Origin: an uncultured Gammaproteobacteria bacterium
Lineage (GTDB): Bacteria > Pseudomonadota > Gammaproteobacteria > UBA9214
Assembly (NCBI GenBank): GCA_963748215.1
Contig: CAVVHS010000007.1
Span: forward strand, 160,001 to 224,000
Reading direction: 5' to 3'
DNA length: 64,000 nt
The notes beneath the pieces were generated by a model, which saw nothing but the letters and a program-made list of their open reading frames with translations, was not told the DNA's origin and made no database searches. A program made the translations under genes and the position numbers. Position 1 is the first letter of the stretch. Each line of letters starts with the position of its first letter. Of this stretch, positions 32,065-42,725 are shown in pieces.

Positions 32065-32330
32065 GCAGGGTGCGTTTTACGCGCCGGGAATGGTGCACGG
32101 AGTGCACCCTACGCCGTCTATTGGGGTAGGAGCGCATCTCATGCGCGATGATAATGGCCACGGAACCACACGGAAGGACACGGAATAACAGATTATTGCA
32201 GTAATGCAGGGTGCGTTTTACGCACCGGGGAATGGTGCACGGAGTGCACCCTGCGGGCTGATTTATTTGTCATTGCGATGACTGCATGGAGGAGGTGAGA
32301 CCGGTTCCTCATCGCGCACGCAATGACGAT
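32065..32330. repeat. REP/composite repeat cluster
   Basis: Two GGGTGCGTTTTACGC/GGTGCACGGAGTGCACCC doublets, GTAGGAGCGCATCTCATGCGCGA and CACGGAA x3. Confidence 0.85.
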
Positions 32331-32428
32331 ATACATCAATTATTCTGAGGTCCGCCGAGTCATCCGGTACGGAATAGACGCAAGGTCAGCCGGTCAACCC
32401 CGAATACAACATCGCAGGAAAGGACAGT

Positions 32429-33226
32429 ATGTGGCTCCGCACGACATGTAATCTCGAGTTTCAAATGGGGGACTCGACACCCCTGATTCTCATGCTGCGT
32501 CCCCGCAGCGGCATCCACCAATGGGTGGCACGGGAGGCCTATACCCTGTCGCCCAGTGTTCCGGTGGTGGAATACACCGACATCTTCGGCAATCTTTGTC
32601 AGCGCCTGGTGGCGCCGGCCGGGAATTTTTCCGTGCATACCTCGGCCGACGTGATGACCGCGGATAGCGTGGACCAGGCGCCGGGTGCCTGCTTTGTGGA
32701 GATCCAGAATCTGCCCGACCCGGTCCTGCTGTACCTGCTCCCGAGCCGTTATTGTGAATCGGACCGGTTCGGCGATCTCGCGCGGAACATCGTGGACGGC
32801 GTGCAGCTCGGCTACGACCAGGTGTACAGAATCAGTGACTGGGTGCGGAACAACATACGCTACATGCCGGGTTCCAGCGCCTTTCCACTCTCCGCCGTTG
32901 AAGTCAATGCGCAATGCCAGGGGGTGTGCCGTGATCTCGCCCATCTCGGCATCGCGCTGTGTCGCAGCATCAGCATTCCCGCGCGCCTGGTGGTCGGATT
33001 CCTGTACGGGCTCGAGCCGATGGACCTGCATGCGTGGTTCGAGGCATACGTCGGCGGACGCTGGTATACGTTCGACCCCACGGATATCACGCTGCGCGGT
33101 GGACGGCTTGCCGTGGCCTATGGGCGCGATGCGGCCGACGTGTCGGTATACCACCAGTTCGGCCCGCCGGCCGTGTTCAGCAGCATGGACGTTCGTGTCG
33201 AACAGCTGGACAGACCGCCCGCCTGA
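32429..33226 (+). CDS. Transglutaminase-like family protein
   Basis: [17 protein letters not shown] and WYTFDPT (Cys-His-Asp triad). Confidence 0.92.
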   Translation: MWLRTTCNLEFQMGDSTPLILMLRPRSGIHQWVAREAYTLSPSVPVVEYTDIFGNLCQRLVAPAGNFSVHTSADVMTADSVDQAPGACFVEIQNLPDPVLLYLLPSRYCESDRFGDLARNIVDGVQLGYDQVYRISDWVRNNIRYMPGSSAFPLSAVEVNAQCQGVCRDLAHLGIALCRSISIPARLVVGFLYGLEPMDLHAWFEAYVGGRWYTFDPTDITLRGGRLAVAYGRDAADVSVYHQFGPPAVFSSMDVRVEQLDRPPA

Positions 33227-33400
33227 GCCCGTAAAAAGATCGCGCAATGTACAGTTGATGTAGGGTGCGTTTTACGCACCGGGAATGGTGCACGGAGTGC
33301 ACCCTACGGGCGTAATCCGTTCCGGCGGATTTGGATAATCGCATCGATCAGGTTCCACCGTCGCAGGATACCGGGCAGGGTGGACGGTGCCGGCGAACGA

Positions 33401-34450
33401 TCAATCGCCGCGCCAGCGACGAAAGAAGCCGCGAAATCCGCGGTTCGTATTCGGCTCTGTCGCCCGGGGCGGTTCGGCTTGTGGCCGCTCCATGCCCCGC
33501 TCCATGCGTTCCTGCTGACGTTCCACGCTGCGTTCACGCTGCCGTTCGGTGTCCCGGTCCGGTCGCGCGTGCCCGGGTTGCTGCCGCTCCATGGCGCGTT
33601 CCCCGCGCGGGGGCTCCGTGCCGGGTACGGGCGGCGGTGCGGCGCCGGCCTTCGGCCGCTCGCGCGGCTCCGGGCGCTGCCGCTCCCCGGGATGCTCCCC
33701 GCGTGGCCGTTCCGCGTTGTGATCGTGATGCGGCACCGCATTGGCTTCCGGTCGTTGCCGTGATTTACGCGGTTCGTCGTGCCGGTGCCTGGGCATGGGC
33801 ATGATCGGTTTGGCATCGGGCGCGGGCTTCGTCCCGGGGGCAGACGGCACCCAGGGGTGGTCGTGCCGGCGCCAGTGGGAATGGCGGTACGGGTACAGGC
33901 GCTGGGAATACCAGGGGTAATACCACGGGTCGTACCAGGACCCGTACCACCACGGCCCGTACCAGGGGTCGTACCAGTAGGTGTAGGGATAGCCATAGGG
34001 TTCGGCCGGCTCGGGCCACAGGTACCATGCCTGCGCATCGACCACGGGATAACTGTACGGATGACTCCCGATCATGCCGAGCTCACTGCCGCGCAGCGTG
34101 CCGGTGATGGTGACCAGGCGGTCGGCGGCGTAGACCTGCGGGTCCAGGAATTCAGGCACGACGGCGATGAAGCGTCCGAGGCTGCTATCGCCGGTGCCGG
34201 GTTCGCCGTCTTTGGCCAGGTGCTGCGCCATTATGGTCAGGCGGGTGACCTGCTCGCGGTTCTCGGTGGCGATCAGCACGCCGCCCCAGCGCACCGCCTG
34301 ACCCGCGTAGACTCCGAAATCCGCCAGCACGTCGTCAGGTGCCGGACTGTCGAGCGGCCCCTGCCGGATCAGCAGCGGCACCTGCGATACGCAGCCGGAG
34401 AGCAGCAGGGCGGCCAGGATGAAAGTGGGAAAGCGTCGGTGCATGTTCAT
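33401..34450 (-). CDS. Slp-family outer membrane lipoprotein with a long Pro/Arg-rich tail
   Basis: LLLSGC lipobox, VRWGG, GRFIA, FLDP, YPVV; YWYDPWY region followed by a low-complexity tail. Confidence 0.85.
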   Translation of the reverse strand: MNMHRRFPTFILAALLLSGCVSQVPLLIRQGPLDSPAPDDVLADFGVYAGQAVRWGGVLIATENREQVTRLTIMAQHLAKDGEPGTGDSSLGRFIAVVPEFLDPQVYAADRLVTITGTLRGSELGMIGSHPYSYPVVDAQAWYLWPEPAEPYGYPYTYWYDPWYGPWWYGSWYDPWYYPWYSQRLYPYRHSHWRRHDHPWVPSAPGTKPAPDAKPIMPMPRHRHDEPRKSRQRPEANAVPHHDHNAERPRGEHPGERQRPEPRERPKAGAAPPPVPGTEPPRGERAMERQQPGHARPDRDTERQRERSVERQQERMERGMERPQAEPPRATEPNTNRGFRGFFRRWRGD

Positions 34451-34473
34451 GGTCCGGTTGATCCTAACAGTTT

Positions 34474-34505
34474 TTAGAGTCGCCGGGCGGCCATGAGTTG
34501 CATGG
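34474..34505 (-). promoter_or_regulatory. Putative ECF (sigmaE-like) promoter
   Basis: Minus strand CCATGCAACT-N17-TCTAA; same motif upstream of the Slp paralogue at 43830-43860. Confidence 0.5.
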
Positions 34506-34509
34506 GGGA

Positions 34510-35096
34510 AGTGCGTTGTACGCACCGGGAAAGGTGCATGGAATCAGATGAAGTGAGATGTGAGACGTGAAAAGAAGAATGGCCACGGAAGCACACGGAA
34601 GAACACGGAAAAACAGATTATTGCAGAAATGTAGGGTGCGTTTTACGCACCGGGAACGTAATGTAGGGTGCGTTCCACGCACCGGGAATGGTGCACAAAG
34701 TGCACCCTGCAACAGATGTAGGGTGCGTTTTACGCACCGGGAAAGGTGCATGGAATCAGATGAAGTGAGATGTGAGACGTGAAAAGAAGAATGGCCACGG
34801 AAGCACACGGAATAACACGGAAAAACAGATTATTGCAGAAATGTAGGATGCGTTTTACGCACCGGGAACGTAATGTAGGGTGCGTTCCACGCACCGGGAA
34901 TGGTGCACAAAGTGCACCCTACAACAGACGTAGGGTGCGTTTTACGCACCGGGAAGGGTGCATGGAATCAGATGAAGTGAGACGTGAAAAGAAGAATGGC
35001 CACGGAACCACACGGAAGGACACGGAATAACAGATTATTGCAGTAATGCAGGGTGTGTTTTACACACCGGGGGATGGTGTGCGGCGTGCACCCTGC
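34510..35096. repeat. Tandem composite repeat, 212-bp period (~2.7 units)
   Basis: GAATCAGA recurs at 34541, 34753 and 34965; each unit contains four REP hairpins plus GAGACGTG and CACGGAA modules. Confidence 0.92.
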
Positions 35097-35388
35097 GGGC
35101 CTCGGTTCTTCATTCTTTGATTCAGACGGGGATGGTTCGCCGCATGCACCTGCAGTCCGATACCCTGGCCCGCCTGGCCTGGGATCAGGATGTTCAGGTA
35201 AGGTTATTGATCCACCTGGAAAAGATTCCCGCGTTGAACCGCCCGGTTCGGATGCTGCCCCATTAAAGATTTTGATGGGTAAAGCGATACAGGATGCTGA
35301 GTACTGGGGATCAAAAAGTCGCTACCTGCCTGTCATTTCAGCGTTCCACCCCAGAGCATAACCAAGGACAGAATCTGGCGGCCGGGAC

Positions 35389-38300
35389 GTGACACCCAAA
35401 ACCTTTTCGCGACAATTCGGCTGGCTCATCCTGCTGACCTGGACGGTACCGCCGGTGGTCGGTTTGTCCTTTCTGGTCTATATCGGGATGTTCACGCTCG
35501 AACAGATCTGGCGGATGCTCACCACACCCCTCGAACCGGCCTTCATCCTGGTCTGGCTCGGATTCGCCCTCTGGTATTTCAGGAATTACGCCCGGCCCAT
35601 CGTCGCTTCGCTCGACATTCCCGGGAATGAGTTGCCGGCTGTCGTCAACCAGCGCATGCAATGGTTCCCGCTGCATTATTTCGGCCTGTTCATGACGTAC
35701 CTGCTGATGGCGCCGAGTTCGGTGATCTGGAGCGCACAGATTTATACCGCTTTCACGGCAACACCTGTCGACTGGTTTCGCATTCACCTGGTGGCATTGA
35801 TCGTCTCCATCATCGTCGGCCTGCCGATCTTTTTCATGATTCTCGACCTGTTCGGCAAGGCCGTGTCAGGCCGGTGGCTGACCCGGCCACATGTGAAGAT
35901 CACGACGAAGGTATTCCTGATCGGGGCCCTGATACCGCTGCTGATCGATACCATGATCGTGCAGTACTACTGGACCCGAACCGGCTTCTTCACCACAGAA
36001 ACCTTCTTTGTCTGGCTTACCCTGGAAGTACTGGCAATACTGGGCAGCTTGATTTTCGTGAAGAGCTTCAGCCAGTCGCTGCAACCGCTGGCCTGTGTAC
36101 TGGAGAAATCGCCTGCCAGCAAACTGAATGGCCACACCACTCTGTCCCCGTGTTCCACCGATGAACTGGGGGTGCTGGCGACCGGTTACCGGAACCTGCT
36201 GGATAACCTGCAGCTGCACGGAGATATCCTGCGGCTCGGCAACCGCCTGCTGCAGACCAGCGAAGGCGAGGCTGACATCGGTGAGGTGATGAATGAAATC
36301 ATCCGGCTGTGTCGCGACAACGTCGGTGGTGACACGGTTTTTCTCATCCTGCATGACCCGGCCAGCGATGAGCTGGTGGGTGTGGCGCAGACCGGATCCC
36401 CGTACAAGCCCGACGGTCACTTCCGCCTGTCGCTGGATGAAACCTCGACCTCCACCTGGGTGTTCAGGCACGGGGAGATGGCCGTCATGAAAGATGCCTT
36501 GCATGACCCGCGTGCCAGCACGCGACTGCAGGCGCGTTTCTCCACACGGTCCGCACTCGCTGTACCACTGCGGGTCGATGGCAGGACTATCGGCGTGCTG
36601 ATGTCGGCAACGGTAAACGAACCGACAGACTACAGCGACACTGACATATACCTGATGCAAACCCTGGCTGACGAGGCCGCGCTCGCCGTTCACACGCACA
36701 TGCTGCAACGGGAAAAGGCCCGTTCGGAAGCAGCTACGCGCAAACGGGAAGAGCAGATTCACCTGCTGATGGACTATTCAGCCGAGGCGGTGTTCGCCGT
36801 GGACCTCGAGGGTAACTGCACCTTTGCCAATCCCGCCTGTTACCGAATGCTGGGCTACACGGGCGAGGCGGATCTGCTCGGACGCAATATGCACGAACTT
36901 ATTCATTACACACGGTCGGACGGGAGTCCCTATCCGCAGGAGGAATGCCGGGTCCAGCAGGCGGTGAAGCTGGGAGAATCCGGTCATGACGATACCGAGG
37001 TCCACTGGCGCGCGGACGGCAGCTGTTTCCCGGTGGAGTGGTGGTCGCATCCGGTCTACAAGCACGGCGAGCTCATCGGCAGCGTGGTCAACTTTGTTGA
37101 TATTACCCAGCGCAAACAGGCCGAGGCCGAGGTGCAGCGACTGGGTGAATACAATACGCTGTTACTGGAATCGACCGGGGACGGCATCTTCGGCGTGGAT
37201 TCCGAGCTGCGTTGCACGTTTGCCAACCGTGCTGCCTGCGATATGCTGGGCTTTCCGGCCGCCGGGCTGATCGGCCAGGATATGCACGCCCTGGTACAGC
37301 ACAGTCACGAGGATGGCCGGCCACGCGCCCGTGAGCAAAGCCCGATCTATCGGGCGATCCGGGAGGACAAGTACCTGCTGTCGGAATCCGATGTCCTGTG
37401 GCATCGCGGCGAGGACCCGTTTCCGGTGCAGTACTCCTGCAACACCCTGCGCAGGGGCGAAGCGATAACCGGCGCTGTGGTCGTGTTTCGCAACATTGCC
37501 GAGGCGCGCGCCATGTCGCAGAAGATGGAGTATCTGGCTACCCACGATCCGCTCACCGGCCTGGTCAATCGCCGCGAGTTCGAGCGTCGCCTCGGTTCCG
37601 CCATGGAGGCCATGTCAGCGCGGGGCCGGGATTGCGCCCTGTGCTACCTCGACCTGGACCAGTTCAAGGTAGTCAACGATACCTGCGGTCACGTGGCAGG
37701 CGATGAATTGTTGCGCCAGCTGGCTACGATCCTGCACGGCCGGCTCAGAAAGCAGGACACCCTGGCGCGGCTCGGCGGCGATGAATTCGGGGTGCTGTTT
37801 CTGGACTGCAGCATGCAACGGGCTGTGAACATAGCCCACGAGATGCTGGGCGAAATCCAGGATTTCCGTTTCGTCTGGGAAGACAAGAACTTTGCGGTGG
37901 GCGCCAGCATCGGCATGGTGGCGCTCACGGAGGATATTGCCGATACCGCGGAAGCGCTCAGTGCCGCCGATGCGGCCTGCTATTTAGCCAAGGATGCAGG
38001 GCGCAATCGCGTGCATATCTACGAGCAGGACGACAAGGAGCTGACGCAGCGCAAGGGCGAGATGCAGTGGGTATCCCGGATTCGGGATGCCCTGGATCGC
38101 CGGCAGTTCGTCCTCGTCGGGCAACTCATCAAACCTGTTCGTGCAGACAGCGATGCAGGGGGTACCGGACTCGAGGTGCTGGTGCGCATGCTGGATGATA
38201 CGGGGAACATAATACTGCCCGGCGCATTCCTGCCGGCCGCCGAGCGCTACAATCTGATAGTCGCACTCGATCGCTGGGTCGTGGAGGAAACACTGCAACA

Positions 38301-38859
38301 CCTGGGCCGGCACGCTGATCTCCTTGGCAGGCTGGAATTCTGCACCATCAATCTCTCGGGCAGTTCCTTTGGGGATGACGATTTCCTCGCATTCATGGTG
38401 GATCAGCTCGACCGTACCCGGGTGCCGGCCGGCAAGCTCTGTTTCGAGATCACCGAGACCGCGGCGGTTGCCAATCTCAGCAAGGCGATCCACTTCATCC
38501 GCACCCTGAAGGAATACGGCTGCCGTTTTGCCCTGGACGATTTCGGCAGCGGCATGTCTTCCTTCACCTACCTCAAGAACCTGCCGGTCGATTTTCTCAA
38601 GATCGATGGCAACTTCGTCCGTGACATGGCGCGCGATCCCATCGATCGTGCCATGGTCACCGCAATCCACCAGGTGGGCAGTGTGATGGGTATCCGCACC
38701 ATTGCCGAGTTCGTGGAAAACGAAGAGATCCTCGCTGCCTTGCGGGAGATCGGTGTGGACTACGCCCAGGGCTTCGGCCAGTCCCGGCCAGAGCCGCTTG
38801 AAGACATCCTGCGTTCGAACGCCGAAATCGGTGCCGCAAGTACTTCCCACGCCGGGTAA
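35389..38859 (+). CDS. Multi-TM GAF-PAS-PAS-GGDEF-EAL signalling protein
   Basis: About 6 TM helices, GAF, two PAS, HDPLTGLVNR, RLGGDEF, EVLVRM, DDFGSGMSS. Confidence 0.93.
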   Translation: MTPKTFSRQFGWLILLTWTVPPVVGLSFLVYIGMFTLEQIWRMLTTPLEPAFILVWLGFALWYFRNYARPIVASLDIPGNELPAVVNQRMQWFPLHYFGLFMTYLLMAPSSVIWSAQIYTAFTATPVDWFRIHLVALIVSIIVGLPIFFMILDLFGKAVSGRWLTRPHVKITTKVFLIGALIPLLIDTMIVQYYWTRTGFFTTETFFVWLTLEVLAILGSLIFVKSFSQSLQPLACVLEKSPASKLNGHTTLSPCSTDELGVLATGYRNLLDNLQLHGDILRLGNRLLQTSEGEADIGEVMNEIIRLCRDNVGGDTVFLILHDPASDELVGVAQTGSPYKPDGHFRLSLDETSTSTWVFRHGEMAVMKDALHDPRASTRLQARFSTRSALAVPLRVDGRTIGVLMSATVNEPTDYSDTDIYLMQTLADEAALAVHTHMLQREKARSEAATRKREEQIHLLMDYSAEAVFAVDLEGNCTFANPACYRMLGYTGEADLLGRNMHELIHYTRSDGSPYPQEECRVQQAVKLGESGHDDTEVHWRADGSCFPVEWWSHPVYKHGELIGSVVNFVDITQRKQAEAEVQRLGEYNTLLLESTGDGIFGVDSELRCTFANRAACDMLGFPAAGLIGQDMHALVQHSHEDGRPRAREQSPIYRAIREDKYLLSESDVLWHRGEDPFPVQYSCNTLRRGEAITGAVVVFRNIAEARAMSQKMEYLATHDPLTGLVNRREFERRLGSAMEAMSARGRDCALCYLDLDQFKVVNDTCGHVAGDELLRQLATILHGRLRKQDTLARLGGDEFGVLFLDCSMQRAVNIAHEMLGEIQDFRFVWEDKNFAVGASIGMVALTEDIADTAEALSAADAACYLAKDAGRNRVHIYEQDDKELTQRKGEMQWVSRIRDALDRRQFVLVGQLIKPVRADSDAGGTGLEVLVRMLDDTGNIILPGAFLPAAERYNLIVALDRWVVEETLQHLGRHADLLGRLEFCTINLSGSSFGDDDFLAFMVDQLDRTRVPAGKLCFEITETAAVANLSKAIHFIRTLKEYGCRFALDDFGSGMSSFTYLKNLPVDFLKIDGNFVRDMARDPIDRAMVTAIHQVGSVMGIRTIAEFVENEEILAALREIGVDYAQGFGQSRPEPLEDILRSNAEIGAASTSHAG

Positions 38860-38889
38860 CCGGTTGCACGGAGCGTTGCATACGCCGAT

Positions 38890-39531
38890 AACGGTGCATA
38901 CAGTGCACCCTGCAACAGAATCAGAGAAAGTGAGGCGTGAGACGTGAAAAGAAGAATGGCCGCGGAACCACATGGAAGGACACGGAATAACAGATCATTG
39001 CAGTAATTCAGGGTGTTTTTTACGCACCGGGAACGTAATGTAGGGTGCGTTCCACGCACCGGGAATGGTGCACAAAGTGCACCCTACAACAGACGTAGGG
39101 TGCGTTTTACGCACCGGGAAGGATGCATGGAATCAGATGAAGTGAAAGGTGAGACGTGAAAAGAAGAATGGCCACGGAACCACACGGAAAAACAGATTAT
39201 TGCAGAAATGCAGGGTGCGTTTTACGCACCGGGAACGTAATGTAGGGTGCGTTCCACGCACCGGGAATGGTGCACAAAGTGCACCCTACAACAGACGTAG
39301 GGTGGGTTTTACGCACCGGGAAGGGTGCATGGAATCAGATGAAGTGAAAGGTGAGACGTGAAAAAAAGAATGGCCACGGAAGCACACGGAAGGACACGGA
39401 AAAAAAGATTATTGCAAGAATGCAGGGTGTTTTTTACGCACCGGGAACGTAATGTAGGGTGCGTTCCACGCACCGGGAAGGGTGCACAAAGTGCACCCTA
39501 CAACAGACGTAGGGTGGGTTTTACCCACCGG
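38890..39531. repeat. Tandem composite repeat, 212/202-bp period (~3 units)
   Basis: GAATCAGA at 38918, 39130 and 39332; same unit and orientation as 34510-35096. Confidence 0.92.
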
Positions 39532-39545
39532 CTTCTCCTGCCATC

Positions 39546-40004
39546 TCAAGCCAGCCTGTCGAGCAGCCGGTCGAGAAAGCCGAGCTGGCTGCTGGACATC
39601 CGCTGGCGGGCCTCATCAATGGTAAGCCAGCGGCCTTCATCGATCTCCGGGTATTCACAGCGCCGGCCCGAGTGGCGCGGCCATTCCAGGGTGAAGGTGT
39701 TGCTGTGGATGCGGGCCACGTCCAGGTCGCCCTCCAGCGCCCAGGCATGGACGATCTTGCCGCTCTTCATCCGCAGCTCGCCCAGCGGGATGAAATCCCC
39801 GTCGACGGCGAAGCCGGTCTCCTCGCTGAACTCGCGCCGCGCGGCGTCCAGCGGCACCTCGTCCGCTTCCCCCATCCCCTTGGGGATCGACCACGCCCCG
39901 AGGTCCTTGCCTTCCCAGAACGGCCCGCCGGGATGCACCAGCAACACCTGCAGTTCGCCGGCCACGTAGCGGTAGAGGAGAATGCCGTAGCTGTGGACCG
40001 TCAT
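39546..40004 (-). CDS. NUDIX hydrolase
   Basis: LLVHPGGPFW, WSIPKG...AARREFSEETG Nudix box, YPEID. Confidence 0.9.
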   Translation of the reverse strand: MTVHSYGILLYRYVAGELQVLLVHPGGPFWEGKDLGAWSIPKGMGEADEVPLDAARREFSEETGFAVDGDFIPLGELRMKSGKIVHAWALEGDLDVARIHSNTFTLEWPRHSGRRCEYPEIDEGRWLTIDEARQRMSSSQLGFLDRLLDRLA

Positions 40005-40089
40005 GGCTCGTCAGGGAATCGCTTGATCGGGGTCTGCAACATGGTGGCAATACTATTGGCAAACCGGTTGTCATTCCAACCCGACAGCA

Positions 40090-40352
40090 AATGCAGGGTA
40101 CATTCCATGCACCAGCAGATGCAGGGTGCGTTTTACGCACCATGTGCGGTGCACGAGGTGCACCAACGATCGCAGCAAGATGTAGGGTGCGTTTTACGCA
40201 CCGTGAGCGGTGCACGAAGTGCACCCTACAACCGAATCGGAGGAAGGTAACGTAACATGTAATCCGTGAAAAGAAGAATGGCCACGGAACCACACGGAAG
40301 GACACGGAATAACAGATTATTGCAGCAATGCAGGGTGCGTTTTACGCACCGG
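40090..40352. repeat. REP/composite repeat cluster
   Basis: Several GGGTGCGTTTTACGCACC hairpins plus the GAAAAGAAGAATGGCCACGGAA module. Confidence 0.85.
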
Positions 40353-40409
40353 AAACATTGCACAATGTGCATACTGCAACGCGCTATATTTTCGAGACCC
40401 GGAGCTACG

Positions 40410-40754
40410 ATGGATATTCACCTTACCCTGCAACGCATCCATGCGATCCTGCTCGATCACCCAGGGGAGAGCGCAGCGTGGCTGGGCTCGGTGATCGAGC
40501 TGTGCGCAACGGATGAAACCCGCTGCTACCGGGAACTGAACTCGAAACGCATGTGGGGCGGTGCCGGTTCCATCGCCAATGAAGCCCTGGCGGATAACCC
40601 GGGACTGGACGACTGGATCTGGCAGGCGGAAATACGCGAATTCCGGGAACTGATGATCGAGCTGGGCGATCATCTGCAGGCACGTGGTAATGCCTGGCCC
40701 GATATTTCCAGCTGGCTGCTGGCGTTCAGCAACTGGAACCAGTCCGGGGTGTGA
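40410..40754 (+). CDS. Hypothetical protein
   Basis: GGAG RBS, 114 aa, coding-like composition; the longer ORF start falls in repeat DNA. Confidence 0.65.
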   Translation: MDIHLTLQRIHAILLDHPGESAAWLGSVIELCATDETRCYRELNSKRMWGGAGSIANEALADNPGLDDWIWQAEIREFRELMIELGDHLQARGNAWPDISSWLLAFSNWNQSGV

Positions 40755-40771
40755 GTGATGCAGGGATTGCT

Positions 40772-41038
40772 TCAGGCGGCGTTGCGTCGCTTCATGGCCT
40801 GGTCGAGATCCCAGGTTGCCTGCAGGTTCATCCACAGCTTGGCCGAGGTTCCCAGTACCTCAGCGAGGTCCAGGGCGGATTCGGCAGTAATGCCGCGCTT
40901 GCCGCGGATCAGTTCATTGAGGCGCGCACGCGTCCAGCCCAGTTGCTCGGCAAAAGCGGCCTGGGTGATACCGGCCGGTTGCAGAAACTCCTCCAGTAAA
41001 ATCTCGCCAGGATGAAACGGGTTGGTTGGCTGTTTCAT
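40772..41038 (-). CDS. higA: HigA antitoxin (XRE HTH)
   Basis: HPGEILLEEFL, GKRGIT, WMNLQ. Confidence 0.93.
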   Translation of the reverse strand: MKQPTNPFHPGEILLEEFLQPAGITQAAFAEQLGWTRARLNELIRGKRGITAESALDLAEVLGTSAKLWMNLQATWDLDQAMKRRNAA

Positions 41039-41052
41039 ATCATCGTACCTCT

Positions 41053-41343
41053 TCAATGGTAGTCCGTCACTTCGACATCGAAGGCATTCCCGCCTTGCCA
41101 GCGGAATACAATGCGCCATTGCTCGTTGATCCGTATTGAATGTCTGCCTTTAATACTTCCCTTGAGCGCCTCGAGCCGGTTACCGGGCGGTTTCTGTAGA
41201 TCCTTCAAGTCAGCGGCGTCGTGAAGGTAGAGCAGTTTGCGCCGTGCGGCACGGTGCAGCTCCGGTGGGAACGCACGTGTGGCCCGGGAGCGCCGGTCAT
41301 AATAAAGATCTTCAGCCAGGCGGTTACCGAAGGATTCTATCAT
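41053..41343 (-). CDS. higB: HigB toxin (RelE/ParE family)
   Basis: MIESF, PPGNRLEALKG, HSIRINEQWRIVF, DYH; toxin-first gene order. Confidence 0.93.
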   Translation of the reverse strand: MIESFGNRLAEDLYYDRRSRATRAFPPELHRAARRKLLYLHDAADLKDLQKPPGNRLEALKGSIKGRHSIRINEQWRIVFRWQGGNAFDVEVTDYH

Positions 41344-41354
41344 GTGTTATCAAG

Positions 41355-41371
41355 TTATCGTATAACGATAA
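41355..41371. promoter_or_regulatory. Putative HigA operator palindrome
   Basis: TTATCGT-ATA-ACGATAA directly upstream of higB. Confidence 0.65.
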
Positions 41372-41662
41372 TTTTATCAAGGCCCGGCAAGCTGTTAATC
41401 CGGGTCGCTACAGGGACTACAACATGGCAACAGTACTGCTTGTGGGTCGATTGGTCTCTCAATCGGGTCATTTTCCTTTGTAGGCATTAGCCTTGTATAC
41501 AGGTCGGTCCACGTGCGAATCAGTCGTCACCAATGCGTGAGGTACAGAGAGAGGGTGAGACCGTTTTTACGGGCATAGCCCGGGTCGAGAGGCAGGCCTG
41601 GGCGATGCAGGAATAGTGCCGTAGCCCGGGTTGAGTGTTAGCGAAACCCGGGTTTGCGGATT

Positions 41663-42370
41663 TCAATAGTCTTCCTGTTCTTCAGGCTCCGTCCGCTCGG
41701 CGGCGACATAGGGGATCTGCCGGTAGTGGCTGGCCGGGTGGCTGCAGACGGGGCAGTATTCACCGGGATGCTCGACCAGCGTGGACCCGCAGATCTGGCA
41801 CACATGATAGTCCACGTATTCCCCTTCGATATGGGCGATCAGGAACTTGAACCAGTTCTTCGCGGCATCCTGCATGCGGCCCAGCAGATCACGGTGCTGC
41901 TTCTCCGCCTCCCAGGCCCAGGTCAGGTTGTCGATCGCTTCCTGGTGATTTTCCGGTTTGATGCTCGCCAGCAGGGCGGGGTACCTGTTATCGATCTCGT
42001 CAGCCTCGACCCCGGTGGCATGCATGATATTGGAGCGGGTGCTTTCCACCGGTCTGGGTGGCAGCGCTTCGGCGGGCACCCGGGCACCGAGTTCGTCGAG
42101 GATGCGTTTGAAATTACGCGCGTGGATGCCCTCGGATGCGGCCAGGGACTTGAACAGGTAGGCGCTGTTGGGATAACCCTCTTCCAGCGCCTTGTCGGAA
42201 AACGCGTTGTAGGAAACGTGTGCCCCGACCTCGTCCCGGTAACGCTCCTGCAAGGCCTGGATGGTTTCGGCATACTCGGCCGCGACGCAAACACTCACGC
42301 CAGGAACCCACAACAGCGTCCCGATCATCAGCGCCTTCAGGATATCCCGAGACCGGTATGCATCTGCCAT
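41663..42370 (-). CDS. Rubrerythrin-like protein with a putative signal peptide
   Basis: Diiron motifs SEGIH and AEKQH; C-terminal CQICG...CPVC rubredoxin-like site. Confidence 0.85.
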   Translation of the reverse strand: MADAYRSRDILKALMIGTLLWVPGVSVCVAAEYAETIQALQERYRDEVGAHVSYNAFSDKALEEGYPNSAYLFKSLAASEGIHARNFKRILDELGARVPAEALPPRPVESTRSNIMHATGVEADEIDNRYPALLASIKPENHQEAIDNLTWAWEAEKQHRDLLGRMQDAAKNWFKFLIAHIEGEYVDYHVCQICGSTLVEHPGEYCPVCSHPASHYRQIPYVAAERTEPEEQEDY

Positions 42371-42424
42371 AAATAGCCTCCCAACTGTTCATCGACATCA
42401 TACAATATCGCCATCACAAAAGCA

Positions 42425-42718
42425 GATGCAGGGTGTGTTCCGCGCACCGGGAAGGGTGCATGGAATCAGATGAAGTGAAACGTGATGATCGTGAAAAGAA
42501 GAATGGCGACGGAAGCACACGGAAAAACAGATGATGCAGGGTGCGTTTTACGCAGCGGGGAACGGTGCACGGAGTGCACCCTACAACCGAATCAGAGGAA
42601 GTGAAACGTAAGACGTAATTCGTGAAAAGAATAATGGCCACGGAAGCACGCGGAAAAACATAGGATGTAGGGTGCGTTTTACGCACCGTGGAACGGTGCA
42701 CGGAGTGCACCCTACAAC
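42425..42718. repeat. REP/composite repeat cluster
   Basis: Two degenerate composite units with REP doublets. Confidence 0.85.
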
Positions 42719-42725
42719 AGACCAC

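Noticed and set aside
41425-41441. Sigma54-like TGGCAA-N5-CTGC site
   Set aside because: No plus-strand gene downstream; likely a chance match
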